A stretch of DNA of 64,000 nt from contig NC_068990.1 of NCBI RefSeq assembly GCF_001194135.2, positions 52,613,855 to 52,677,854 on the forward strand, read 5' to 3'. This document shows positions 38,258 through 51,233 of this stretch, piece after piece. How positions within the stretch are numbered: the first letter of the stretch is position 1; every line of letters starts with the position of its first letter. Below the pieces are notes generated by a model that saw only the letters and a list, made by a program, of their open reading frames with translations, searched no databases and was not told where the DNA came from. Made by a program: the position numbers and the translations under genes. The stretch is from Octopus bimaculoides (Eukaryota).

Positions 38258-39878
38258 CTGAAAAGGAAAACAAAATATAATTACCAAATCAAAAAAAAAA
38301 AAAAAAAAAAAACAGACTTAGAAGAATAAAAATCAATATAAGATATCGAATGGACAAAATTTGAAACTTTATAAGTGTCAGAAATATTGGTTGAGTGAAA
38401 GTTCTTTCCACATCTCAAATTTTCTTGATTGCTTTTCATTCTCTACAAGAATCACACCTACATTATCACCTTTACATTGTTTAAATTTATCAATTCAAAA
38501 ATTCAGAGAAACTGGAACATTTTTTTTTTTAGCATTTGACCATCCTTATAGCTCTTGTTCTTTACATTTTAGTTTTTAAAATAGTGTCCTAAGGCTTGGA
38601 ACATAAGTTTCCATATTATTGAAGCTATCTGGCTGCTACAATAGCACACTTGATATAACTTTCTAAATTAGAAAAATTTTAGTGAAATCATTTGATGGGA
38701 ACATGTCACTGCAGTGGTTATAAACCATATTTTATATGGAGACAGTGAAGAAGCAATATAGAATCTATCAACAGACCTGCTAAATGTTCTCAGACAAAAC
38801 CACACTTCCTGCTTGTCAAACAACTATTTGTTTTTTGGAGTTCAAGACATTATGGGCTTCTTCATGTCTACATCACCTTTATTGTTAGACTGAGTGGCAA
38901 CGAGGGTGAGTAAATAAGTGGGTGAGATCAATATTCTGTAACTGAAACTAGCAACAATGAACAAGGGAAAGGGACATGAGGGTTATAAAAGAAGTGAGAG
39001 ACATTTCGAAATGGTTGCAACAGACTGCCTCCAGACTGAAACTTAAAATATGTTAAATTATTACCTTAGTTTCATTTAAACACGAAAGCCATCAGTAACG
39101 GTGTAACTTCACCTTCAGTGGCACTCACCATTTCATTTCCACAATATATTAGTGTCTAGTGTCTTACATACATCCAACATAGTTAAATAGCTTACTGCAA
39201 AAGTGGGAGGTGTTTATACCTTGAAAGTAAAGCAACTTGAATTCAATTCTAGATGTCAGCACATTTAACAAAGAGGAGGGAAGAATAGGGCAACAAGCAG
39301 CTCAGGGTTATAGTGAAAGACGTCCAGCAAGTCTATAAAATGTAATGTGCCACTGGTCTCTATATTGAGCAACTAAGAGTCTATTGATGACAAAAATAAA
39401 ACTAGTTTGCCACGAGAATCTATGCCAAAGTCAGTCTAGACAATATAAAATGCACACACACCCACGTGTATGTGCAAGAACATTGAATTATATGAACTTA
39501 AATATGTAGAGAATAAATTAATAATAAAGTTATAGAGAAACTGTAACAGCTTGTGAGAGTCACAATAGATTAAGAGACCACCCACACCACCACACGTTAA
39601 CAAACATAAATCTCAATCATTATACTAGGTCTGTCAACACAGTGCAACTGCAGTCTGACTGCAGTACAAGCTAGCTGTTAACTGACCAACAGTTCACACT
39701 TAAAGGGAATGGTACACTAATAGCATGCCAGGAATTCAGATAATAGCAATATAAATATTTGAAAAAAATCAAGTATTTTATTTAGTGACAGGCTCCAATG
39801 CACCATAGCAGTTGACAATCTGTTTAGCAATCTAAATTCAAAATAGTATTAGGAAAACATGGACACTATGCTAACTGT

Positions 39879-40750
39879 GCTAGGTGGTATCAAAAAATCG
39901 CAGGACTAATCCTGTGGTGCGTCAACAAATGGCACACTGTTGCACATGCAGTGAGAGCTAGCAATGGCTTTCATAAGGCAGTGTGCTGAATTACATCACT
40001 GTGTTTACTTCACAAGTTGTGATCACGTGTATGTTGTAATCTGCAATTTTGTGATGGACAGGAACAGAAAGCCAATGTGAAATTTTGCATTAAACTTGGG
40101 AAGTTTGCTACAGAGACATCGAGTATGCTTTGGCAAGCGTACAGTAATGAGGCAATGGGTCGTACACAATGTTTTGAATGGCACGGGTACTTCAAAAGCA
40201 GAACAACATCCCTGGAAGATGACAAGCAATCTAGAAGACCTGCCACAAGTGTCACCCTTGGAATTGTGCATCGAGGATTTGTCCCTCAGGATCAGACCAT
40301 CAACTGAGATTTCTACTGTGACATTTTGAAGCATTTGACCAAGGATATTTGGTGAAAGTGACTGGATCTGTGGAACGCAAAGAATTGGATTCCTCACAAC
40401 AATGCACCCAGTCTCTGAGCTCTCCTCACTCGTGAATTTCTCGCCAAAAACCACATGATATTGCTTTCGCAGGCACACTATTTGCCAGATTTAGCATGTG
40501 GACTTCCATTTCTTCTCCAAGATGAAAATGCAACTCAAAAGTTGCAGCTTTAACACAGTTGTCAAAATCCAGAGTGAATAGCAAGCAGTCCTTGACTTGT
40601 TTATGGAAAACGAATTCCAGGCTGGATTTCAAAAGTGGCAGGAACACTGGGACCAGTGAATTGCTGCGCAAGGTGACTATTTCAAAGGAGATGATGTTAA
40701 AATTAAGGTAAATAAGTTTTTTTTTGCTGAAACTTTTTAACATCACCTTG
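39879..40750 (+). mobile_element. Mariner remnant with a large internal deletion
   Basis: QKANVKFCIKLGK.ATET..ML..AY HTH joined at about 40260 to EFVP..QT.N...Y and HNNAP; degenerate TIRs; TA at 40751. Confidence 0.8.
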
Positions 40751-40989
40751 TAACAAATCTGTAAATGAACCCTAAAGACAACATATCACAGTATATTTGA
40801 TGGTTTATTCTATCTTTCTAGGAATTTCAGTTGGAGTATGAACACACAAATCAACACTGAGGATTACATTAAACTTATTTCAACAGCCTCAATAAGATAA
40901 ACAGCAAACTAGACCAGACCATGTAAAGCATTCTCTTTTTTGTTTCTTGTTTTCTTCCTTCTCTACATCAATGACTAACCTGCTACCAC

Positions 40990-41870
40990 ATCCAACAAGG
41001 ACATGACCTTACACTCCTCCTCCACTTAAGCAGATATAACCTTACATGCCTCAATCATCTACACCAAACCTTCATAGATTCCATAAACAAAGACCTTGAG
41101 AGAACCCCACTGTGGGGTCATACCAACCTTATTTCTTTTAGCATTAAAAAAAAAAAAAAAGATAATTTAAGCACTACTCATAACAAAAAACACCACTGCA
41201 CCACTTTCTCCCAACTAACCATGAACAGTATTTAGCTAGATCCCTTACAGTCACTCTCTAAATGCTGGGCTTCACAACCATTGAAAATCTCTTCTGGCAA
41301 AAAGAAGATCCTTAGAATAGCTAGGACCACTTCTGAAAAACTGGTTTTTCTCTGCAGGGCCAGAAAACATTTTAAGTTATCAGTGGCTGATATTCTACAA
41401 GACTCAAGTGATGCCCACAACTGGCACCATGCTGCTGCTAAAAACATCCTGGATCGCATCCAGAGAAGTGTCATTCATCTCATCCAATCACTAGCCAAGA
41501 TTTATTCCAGCCTCTGACCCATAAGAATGCAGTTTCTTCTGTCTTTTCTATCATTACTATAAAGATAACTGTTCCATGTTATGGCTGGTCTCATTTCTCC
41601 ACACTTCAGGCACCCAGGATCTACTTGTTAATCTTGGTGTACCCTACACCTTTGATTCCCACAAACTATTATGCCCAGTCCTTTCTCCCCAGAACATCAG
41701 CTCTCTGGAATCTTTTCCAGTTATCAGTATAAACAGCATTAATGGTATCAAACTCACGAGAACTGGATAATACTTCTTCCTCCAGACTCAACAAATAAAA
41801 TAATGATCCTTTGATTCTACAATCTACCATCCTGTATATTTGTGGTGGCAGGGAATCATCCCCAAACATT
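40990..41870 (-). mobile_element. Highly decayed CR1/L2-type LINE RT fragment
   Basis: Remnants resembling D(A)VY.D, GI.G and HLE., with many stops. Confidence 0.4.
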
Positions 41871-41995
41871 TATCTGTTTAGGGAAATGCCAAAGCAAGCA
41901 GCCATCAATTTTTTTAACTCATTATAGAAAATATTTCAAAACATACACAAAAAAGTAACACCATTTTATTAAATATAGGCATTATATGAACATAC

Positions 41996-42038
41996 TTGCA
42001 TATTCTTTTTCTGTGTTGATCTCCTTGGCCAAATATAC
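41996..42038 (-). CDS. PDPK1: PDK1 exon, 43 nt (VYLAKEINTEKEYA)
   Basis: Acceptor TATCTTCAG, donor GTATGT. Phase 0 to 1 links the neighbouring exons. Same size as the recalled human PDPK1 exon 3. Confidence 0.93.
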
Positions 42039-42071
42039 CTGAAGATATAAAAGTAAAATTGAAATTAGTTA

Positions 42072-43221
42072 TAAAGTGATCTAATTTTATGTTTTATTAG
42101 AATTTAATCCTGATATATAATTCCCATCATAATCGATGACTTCCTTCCATCTAGTCATCAGTTTTTTAAAATTCCATTGGTGAAAAACTCATTTGGTTTT
42201 GATGAGAAAGAAGAGAAGTCAGTTTCAACCTCTTTGGGCCTTTGGAGTACTAATCCATCTAAATGATTCTTTAGGCTTCAAAATATATGGTAATCAGGAG
42301 TGAGGTTGAGGGAATAAGGCAGGTGAGAGATTTTTTCCTAGCCAAGTTCTCGATTTTTTTCTGATGTAATTTGTGCATTATCATGATGAAACCCCACACC
42401 CTTATGATTCACCAATACAGGCTTTTTCCCCTCAGAGCAGCATCCAAATGCTCTAATTGTTAGTAATAGGTGTGGGCAGTAATTGTTGCGTTAGCTGGTA
42501 GCAGCTCAAAGTGGAGGACTCCAGTACAATCCTGCGAAACAAAGAATCATTTTTGCATGGTGTCCTTTTTTAGGTTGTGACTTGGCTTGTACTCTACAAC
42601 TAAGACATTGCCTGAATTGCTTAACATTTTCATAAAAAATCTATTTTTCATCAACAGTCACTAATCTGTCCAAAAATGGTGCAATACGTTCACGAGAGCG
42701 AAGAGATGAGCGTATGTCCACTCGTGATTCTTAGTTGGCTTCCGTCAAACCATGGGGAACCCATTTTCTGAGTTTGGGCACCTTTCCAAGCTGCTGAAGA
42801 TGCCAGTGAACAGTTGAATGGTTTGAATTGAGCTTGCTTGCGAATTCTTCAACTGACACAGCATTATCCTTCTGAAGCTCTGACAAAAGAAGCTAATCCT
42901 CAAATTCAACAGGGCGTTGTATTTGTGGCCTCTCTCTTAGGCTGAAATCACCATTTTTGAACTCTGCAAAACATCTGCAACTTCTTTCATTGTAGAAATA
43001 GATATTTTAGATTGTTTCTGCAGCACTGTTTCCCTTTTTGAACTTGCATTATGTGCCTTAAATGCTCCTTCAATACGTTCATCTTTGAGGGGTTAATATT
43101 AGTAATTAATTCAGTCAGATTATTCTGTAAAAAGAAATTATGCTAATTAAAAGGCTTCTAAATTCATGAGTATCAATCAATACCATTTGACATTTCGGAC
43201 ATTATTAATGGGATGACTTGA
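42072..43221 (-). mobile_element. Mariner remnant, about 1.15 kb
   Basis: On -: KEHLRHIM..KKGNSAAET, FAEFKNGDFSL, HHDNA, KVIDYDGNYI. 5' TIR TCAAGTCATCCCATTAATAATGTCCG with TA at 43222; degenerate 3' TIR at about 42072. Confidence 0.8.
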
Positions 43222-44309
43222 TATATGAAGGGGTTGTAACATGGTCATATGAGATATCACCGTATAAAAGGGATCTATTAAGAGTGCTGAACTAATGCCC
43301 TTAAGGGCAATAAGTGAGATTTTGTGAAAGAGGAAGTTACTCAACAAATCATAGGGACAATAATCAATGAGTTTAGTGTTAAGAAACTGCTGGAGGAGGT
43401 CCCACCTTCTAGTAAACCTAATAAAGTAGGTTTACCCTGAAATATTTTCTATCTGGCAAGAGCAGCAGTAGCCATCATATCCAACACAGAACTTGTGACT
43501 TGCTGCTACATCTGGCTAAACAACGAACAGCTACTTTGTTCTTTGATAACACATGCAAACCTGCATGTACAAGTGACCCTACAATAGCTCTTTGGTCTGC
43601 AATTTGCACACCAGAATCCAAGTCCTATCAGAAGTTCAAAAAATTAAAAAAAGTCGGAGAGAGATACCATTACAGAATGGCCCTACATGTACATAAAATT
43701 ATGGTGATGCCATAAATTTTTGAGAAGTAAATAATTTTTTAGTTGGTGGTTGAATTATGTAGAGATGGAGGTATGGATACGCATTCATCCAAACCTTCCA
43801 GAGAAGATATATTTCCATCTTTCCAAGTAATTTTCAAAATTGCCAACAATAAACAGTATTTCAAAATGACAACCACAAAAAGTACATTTTTTTGCATTTC
43901 TAAAATCATCTTTCCAAAGAAAGATGTAGCTCCTAGATATAAATATTCTGTAATGCATGAGAGGCCTGGAAATTAGAATTGTGGAACCAAAACAACTGTC
44001 AAAAAATTCCTATAATCACTGGAAAGTTAGTCATTTACATGTATTGAAGAGAACCAAATTAGGAAATATGGAATATGTTTCATGAAATTCAATTTTCAGT
44101 TATACATCCATACTCCTTTAAGGGCAAATAACAACTATATCCCACCCCTTCATCTATTTAGTTATTTCCCTTGTCTCCAATTATCCCAATATAGCTCTCT
44201 ATGACAATAATTGTCTGAGTGTTTGTGACTTTAAATCATTTCCAATTGCACCCATTAGGTAAGGCCTAGACACTTTTTCTGTTTTCCAAAAGTATGAAAT
44301 ACTAATCTC

Positions 44310-45190
44310 GTCATGGTTTCTATGGCTGGATCACTTTCCTAACATCAATCATTTTATGGAGTGTACTGGGTGCCTCTAATGTGGCACCAGCACCCATGAG
44401 CCCACAGAACAGGGATCTCTCAGCTGACAGAGGAACATGCCTGTATGTATAGAAGGACATAATTTTATTTAGCTTGACAGGTCTCCTCAGGCACAGTAAA
44501 TTTCCAGAAATCTCAGTCCCTTGTCATCTTTTCAGTGAGGCTAAGCATCTGAAGATCCTTTCTCAGCACTTTGTCCTGTCTTCCTGGGTCTACTCCTTCC
44601 ATATGTTCCCTCTACAGTTAGAGATCGGTACTTCTTTATGCAGCTGTACTCATCCATAACATCACATGATCATACCAGTGCAGTCTTCTCTCTTGCACAC
44701 CAATCTGGTGCTTCGTATACCCAATTTTTCTGTCAAATCACACTTTGTCATACATGCACACTGACATTATCCATTGAGTGGAGCATGCTGGACTCATTTC
44801 TTTTAAGCCTTCGTATGTCCTCTGTAGTCACAGCTCATGTCTCACTACCATGTAGCATAGCTGTTTGTACACAGGCATCATACAATCTGCCTTTCACTCT
44901 GAGAGAGAGGCCATTTGTTACCAACAAAGGTAGCAGCTCTCTAATCTTTGCACAGCCCATTCTTATTCTACCAACTACATTCACAGAGCTTTCTCCTCCA
45001 CAACTAACTTGGCCACCTAGATAATGGAAACTATCTACAACTTCTAAGGACATTTCAGGGAGTCCATTTTCTGCACATTCCTAGTGTTTATTGTACCTGC
45101 ATATCTGCCACACACAAAGACAACTTTCTCTGTTAATCTTCCTGTGATACTGCTGCACCTATTATGTATCCATAGTTTGCACTGGGTACA
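44310..45190 (-). mobile_element. RTE family A 3' portion
   Basis: ORF 44835-45053 LEVVDSFHYLG..TAMLHGSET; tail motif at about 44310-44370. Confidence 0.85.
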
Positions 45191-47089
45191 TTGTATATGT
45201 ATTTTTTTCATTCATTTCAGCTATGAAGCTCTTGTCATGATAAAGGATTTTGTAACTGAACCATAAATATTATGGCATTACATCTGATACAGTATGTATG
45301 TATATACACTCCAGATAAAGATAATAGTGGTCATGGTAATGTCTGCGTAGAGGATCAATTGGAGCTGAACTTAAATGTTATGCACCATCAATAAGTAAAT
45401 CTGATAATGTTTATGTGGCATACATTCCTAATCCAAACTGTTTAACCATCAATTTTTGACCTATGTCAGACCATTAGTTAAATGTAGCATTGAATAATGG
45501 CCATCCATCATTCCAAGAGTTAAAAAATAACACCTAACTACACTTTTTGCATATAAACTATAGACGAAGTGAATTTCAATCAAGTGGTTTGAGTAAAGAA
45601 GAGATAAGTTTATAAAACTTGCTTCCTGGCTGCTACAGAGGATAACAAAAAAATACAAAACAAAGAATGTATTGTAGTAAGTTAAATTAGTGCAATCATG
45701 TGCACGTGCCAGTCCTAATCTTGCCTGTCTGCCTGATCATCCCTGTTCTAAGTCATCTCTTTCAGTTTCCATTATGATCCATATCTATGTTATACATCTA
45801 TTTGACTCATTTTCTTGTCTGTTACTAGAACCTTCATGTCAATCTTTTGTCTATGTGATATCAATATTTCTATGTCTATTGATACCTCTCCCTCTTTTAC
45901 TACCAATATTTCATTGTCTCCAACAAGTCACAGAAACAATAGCACTCCCACCCACCGGCCATTCAATCAACTTCATTACTAGAAATTTTAATTCCTTTTA
46001 CAGTTTTAGCAACATAAAATTGCAAAAATAGAAATATCACTCCCACTACCACCAAAAAAAAAAAATGCATATTTTATGTAGGAGGGACTTCATTTTTGCT
46101 GGAAGTGATGTCTTTACAAAAGGGAGGTGTTGTTGATAAGTAACATTCAAGTTATAGGTGTTGTAGTAGTAGTAAGGAGAAAAGGCTGAATCTGATATGT
46201 GGGGCTTATAAAATATTTTTGGAAGACATATAGTGGTTTACAGAATATTAAGGACAGTGATTTCTAAAGGAAGAGCTAATAGGTGAAGAGATGTAAAATA
46301 TGGAACCATTGTCAGGTATACGTGATAATCATAGCCAACTACTGTAAAATATTTAATCAATACCACTGTACCATCTTCGACTAACAAGCAAAGAATAAAG
46401 ATTCATGAAAAAAATGCTTTCAACTGAAGAGTTAATTAGAAGCTCAGCTTTTGTAAGGTCGTGACAGAGTGAGAGGGTTCAAAGAATTGCTAGATAAAGT
46501 AGATTCTGGTCAGTTGTGCTTCAGTAAAAAATACAATGTTGAGGTAACTGAGTAAATATTTGAAAGCAGTCCGCTAAGTCCAGCATTTAACCATTGCAAA
46601 GCTGCATCAATCATCCGTGTTCCATGCTGGCATCAGTCAAATGGCTTCACAGGATCCTATGAGTCCAAGGATTGCATCCTACTTCAATGTCTACTTTGGC
46701 ATGGTTTCTATGGCTGGATGCCCTTCCTTATACCAACTATAGAGTGTGTACTGGGTGTTATTTTCATGCTACCAGCACTAGTGAGGCTACCACACAGTTT
46801 GCTAGATTACGAGACCTAAGAGAAGGGGCCAGAGAAGAACAGATTTCTTGGTGTAGAAGGGCCACATAGCTACTCACATTTTAGAAGAGAAAAATAGAAG
46901 TGATAGAGTTTTTCTTTTTATGTGGATCTTCAAGGTATGAAGCAAGTATAAGTATCTGCAAGAATGAATGTGAACATATCAGAGGTTATGTGCACTAGCA
47001 GAGAAATGTGAATACATGTCATGGTAATATAGATTTGTCAAATGACAAGCAACACTGAAATCTTAAATGTATTGAAAAGGATAACTTAC

Positions 47090-47332
47090 GGTTGAAAAGG
47101 ATCCTTCCCCAATAACTTTTCCAAATATGAAATCATTGGGGGTCTTCTTGCCAGATGGCCTCTTGGCAAGGGTGGTGGGTGGGTCTACAGAGTGGTCCTT
47201 GGACATTCGAGTTGGCCCAGCAGAGACTAGTGGAATTGGTGCTTGAGCTGTAGTCGGGGGATACACCTTGGTTTTTGGTTTAGAACAAACACTGTTGGTT
47301 GTTTGGGATCTCTGTGACACCAGGCTAACGGA
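47090..47332 (-). CDS. PDPK1: PDK1 kinase, exon carrying the N-terminal region and Gly-rich loop (243 nt, phase 0/0)
   Basis: Translates SVSLVSQRSQ...KKTPNDFIFGKVIGEGSFST. Acceptor TTTAACTTTAG, donor GTAAGT. KK.P.DF.FGK..GEGSFST is characteristic of PDK1. Confidence 0.95.
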
Positions 47333-47496
47333 CTAAAGTTAAATATATATATATATATATACAGATATATAAGTAAAACAATTTCAGATTTATATAGATT
47401 TATTTTAATAAAAACATTTTAAATATTAACAATTTACTTCAAATTTCATCTTTGTAAGATCATCAAACCCCTCAGCTGATTTATACAAGGGAGATG

Positions 47497-47500
<4 letters not shown>

Positions 47501-47540
<40 letters not shown>
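47501..47540. repeat. (GT)n microsatellite
   Basis: Directly visible. Confidence 0.95.
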
Positions 47541-47545
<5 letters not shown>

Positions 47546-49560
47546 GCATGAATGTCATTTCCACTTCATACAAAATCAGCTGAGCTGGAAAAAAAAACAC
47601 CTCAAAATTGATGTCTTGCTTACATTCCCTGTAAACCATGTTTTGTAGCAATATGTTTTTGAAGTTTAATGGAATGAAAAATCCTTTACTTGAAAAACAA
47701 TTAAGGGTTGGTGATCAAAAGAACCAAGCTGTGAAATGTTTCACATAAGTACTTGTTCAACTGGTACCAGCATGGAAAAATAGATGTTAAAGGAACAAGT
47801 TGGATGGCATTTGAAAAAGAGATTAGTTACTATTTGTAGCAGGTTGAGTGATGTTGTAGGAAGTTTGCATATTGGTTCCTCTAACAGATAATAGTGTGGA
47901 AGCTGTTTATTCTGGTAATTTAAGAAACATTTTTCTATGATGATCATAAAATTGACTATTTTGGAGTTTGGGTAGTCTAATTTTACCCCTGTTGGAAAAT
48001 TATGGCAGATCACTAGGAGAGAAATAAATTGCAGAACCTGTAAAAATCTTTGGCACAAAACAAATTTTGAGGGAAAGAATGTAGACAATTTCATTAATCC
48101 AGTATTTAACTGGTATTTACTTTATCAATCAGAATGTTAAAATGCATGAACCAAGTGCTGCTAGTTTTTAAATTTAGTTCTAAAAATTTTTTATAGAATT
48201 CAGAGCCAGCACTGGAAGTTAAAATGTTTCATAAACAAATACATCCATGTAGCAGGTGCAGGTTCTCAATTCTATAGAAAATCTATAGAGACAAATTTAA
48301 AAGTGAAAATACTACGTTTCTAACATAAGGAAAGATAATATTGACTTGTAAACCTGTAATATAAACTGATAGTACATTATAATTGCAAAATAAAATTAAT
48401 AAAATTAATTGCCAGCAATTAATAAGTACTGCAGGTATATGTGATACTATTCTTTATGGCAATCCTGTGTTAACAATTTAAAAACGTGTTAGAAGCATTA
48501 ATTATTTTTAAAAATGGTTATCAGTATACAAAAAAATTTTTTAATATATATTATTAGCATATTTAATGTTAGAAACAGAGTCAAGACTATTGAAAAATTG
48601 CAAGACGCAACGAAAATAAAAATAAGAAATAAGTGGAAATTTTACCGGTGAGTGTGTTAAATTTTAAGGCACAATAAGAAAATGACTCTCCCCAGACACA
48701 ACAGAATAATGCTAGAAACAATTTAGCGGTAAATAATATTGGGGTTATAACCCAAAATATGTTTGGCAATGCAGTATGTAGTTACTATGAAAGGTTTTGT
48801 AATGTTCATAATTAGGGAGGGTGTCTCATTTATGTGTAGTGATTGTGTGAATGCAACTGTTAAAGTTGTCCCTAATTGAGACGTTTTTAAAGGTCTTTGT
48901 TCACGGAAAGGGTTAATTTCTTCTAGGACTCATCATCATTTAATATCTGTTTTCCATAGTGGCATGACCCAAGAAAATTATGATCCTCTGGATCTATTGG
49001 ATTAAAGTTGATTTATTTTTGGAGCTCTGATTATGTAGGTAATGTACTGTAAGATGGTAGTAATAATTAAAGTAGAGGTAGGTAACAGAAAATTAAGGTC
49101 ATACACTATAACATGGGTGAAACCAGTGTGAAGTATGGAGGATGGATCTATCTCAAATTATCCAGTTGCTTATCCCTGCTCCCACCAGAAGTAATTTTCA
49201 GAAAGAATTAAAAAAATGCAAGGCACATCTATTCTCTAACATTCACATCCATTCCAATAGTCTATAAAAGAACAAAAAAAAAAATGAAATTTCAACAATC
49301 CAAACTTTTGGTCGAACTGCTGCAACTGCATATTAACTAGCGGTATCACCACTGCATTCAGTTTTGCTAACAAAGAAAACTAATTAAACATTAAAACACT
49401 AATGATAGACTGACACAAAGAGGTTGGTGGGAGGAAAAACCAGATATGAATACACACACACAAACACATAGAGCCTACATCAGCACAGCTGTTTAAATTG
49501 TTTACATTTCTGTACATACAAACTTTTAAAACCTAATAAACAAAGATGCAATACCAACTG

Positions 49561-49562
<2 letters not shown>

Positions 49563-49608
<46 letters not shown>

Positions 49609-49690
49609 TANNNNNNNNNNTATATATATATACATACATACATATATATATATACATACATACATACATACATACATACATACATACATA
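49563..49690. repeat. (TA)n-(TACA)n compound microsatellite
   Basis: Directly visible, left of the Tc1. Confidence 0.95.
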
Positions 49691-50922
49691 CAGGGGTTGG
49701 ACAAAATAATGGAAACACCTAGCATCATGATTTTGAAATATCTATAAAACCGTCAAAAGCTTGTTACTTTTATGTTTTTGGATTTATTATTAGTGTTGCT
49801 TAATATGTTTCACTAAAATTGCTGTTTCTTTTCAGATATCAGAAAAAGGTCATAAAAAATCATTAAAATGATAGATCTATAGGACTTTCAAAGAGGTCAA
49901 ATTGTTATTGCTTGTATGGCAGGCGCTAGCCTAACGAAAACAGCCGAAATGTTTGGTGTATCAAGAAGTACTGTCTCGAAAGTAATGATAGCCTTTGAGA
50001 AAGAGGAAAAAACCTTGTCGAAACAAAACTCTAGAAGAAAACTGAAACTTTCAGATAGGGACCATCAGACTTTTACGCAGATTGTTAGAAAGGATCACAA
50101 AAGTACAGCTCCCAATATTACTGCAGAACTAATGACCACCTCGAGAACCCAGTTTCCACAAAAACTGTTTGCCAGGAGCTGCACAAAGCTGGATTTCACG
50201 GAAAGGCTGCAACCAGAAAAACCACTACTTTTAAAAACAAACGTTGCAAAGCATTTAGAGTGGAGTAAAAACCTAGTCCCTAGAGCAGTGGAAGAATGTT
50301 ATTTTCTCGAATGAGTCATCTTTTTTGTTATTTCCACCACCAGCTGAGTAAACATGTGGAAACAGTCAAAAGAAGCATTTGACTCAGACTGCCTTCTTCC
50401 AACTGTTAAACACGGAGGAGGATCTGCGATGATCTGGGGGCTATATCTTGGCAATCTGCCAGCCCAATTGGTTTCCCTTCATGGCAGAAATAATAGTCAT
50501 GGCTATTTAAGCATTTTATCTGATCAAATTTATCCTACGGTTGTGGAACTGTTTCTGGAGGGTAACACAATCTTTCAGGATGATAATGCACCAATTCACA
50601 CAGGTAAGGTTGTTACTGAATGGCACGAGCAACATGCTAGTGAAGTTGAGCATCTTATCTGGTTACCACAGCCTCCAAATCTCAATATTATGGAACATTT
50701 ATGGTGCAAGGAGTCAATATCCTCCACCATCATCACTACAAGAACTGGAGACTGTTTTAGCTGAGGAATGGACAAAAATTCCTTTGGAAACAATTCAAAC
50801 TTTGTAGGAGTCCATACCTCACAGAATTCAAGCTGTAATTACTGCCAAAGATGGTCCTACTCCATATTAAAAGAAATATGTTTGAAATTTTAAGGTGTTT
50901 CCATTATTTTGTTCAACCCCTG
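49691..50922 (+). mobile_element. Tc1-type (DD34E) transposon, defective
   Basis: 30-bp TIRs with one mismatch (CAGGGGTTGGACAAAATAATGGAAACACCT), TA on both sides. DFQRGQIV HTH, TVKHGGGS.MIWG, FQDDNAPIHT and NLNIMEHLW; stops and frameshifts. Confidence 0.95.
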
Positions 50923-50952
50923 TATGTATGTATGTATGTATGTATGTATGTA

Positions 50953-51026
<74 letters not shown>
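50923..51026. repeat. (TATG)n-(TG)n-(TA)n compound microsatellite
   Basis: Directly visible, right of the Tc1. Confidence 0.97.
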
Positions 51027-51027
<1 letters not shown>

Positions 51028-51195
51028 CATCATTGTCTAATGTCCGCTTTCCATGCTAGCATGGGTTGGACGATTTGACTGAGGACTGGCAAGCTAGAAG
51101 GCTGCACCAGGCTCCAATCTGATCTGGCAGAGTTTCTACAGCTGGATGCCCTTCCAAATGCCAACCACTCCGAGAGTGTAGTGGGTGCTTTTACG

Positions 51196-51199
<4 letters not shown>
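51027..51199 (-). mobile_element. RTE family A tail inserted into a (TA)n tract
   Basis: Conserved 3' terminus with (AT)n on both sides. Confidence 0.88.
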
Positions 51200-51233
<34 letters not shown>

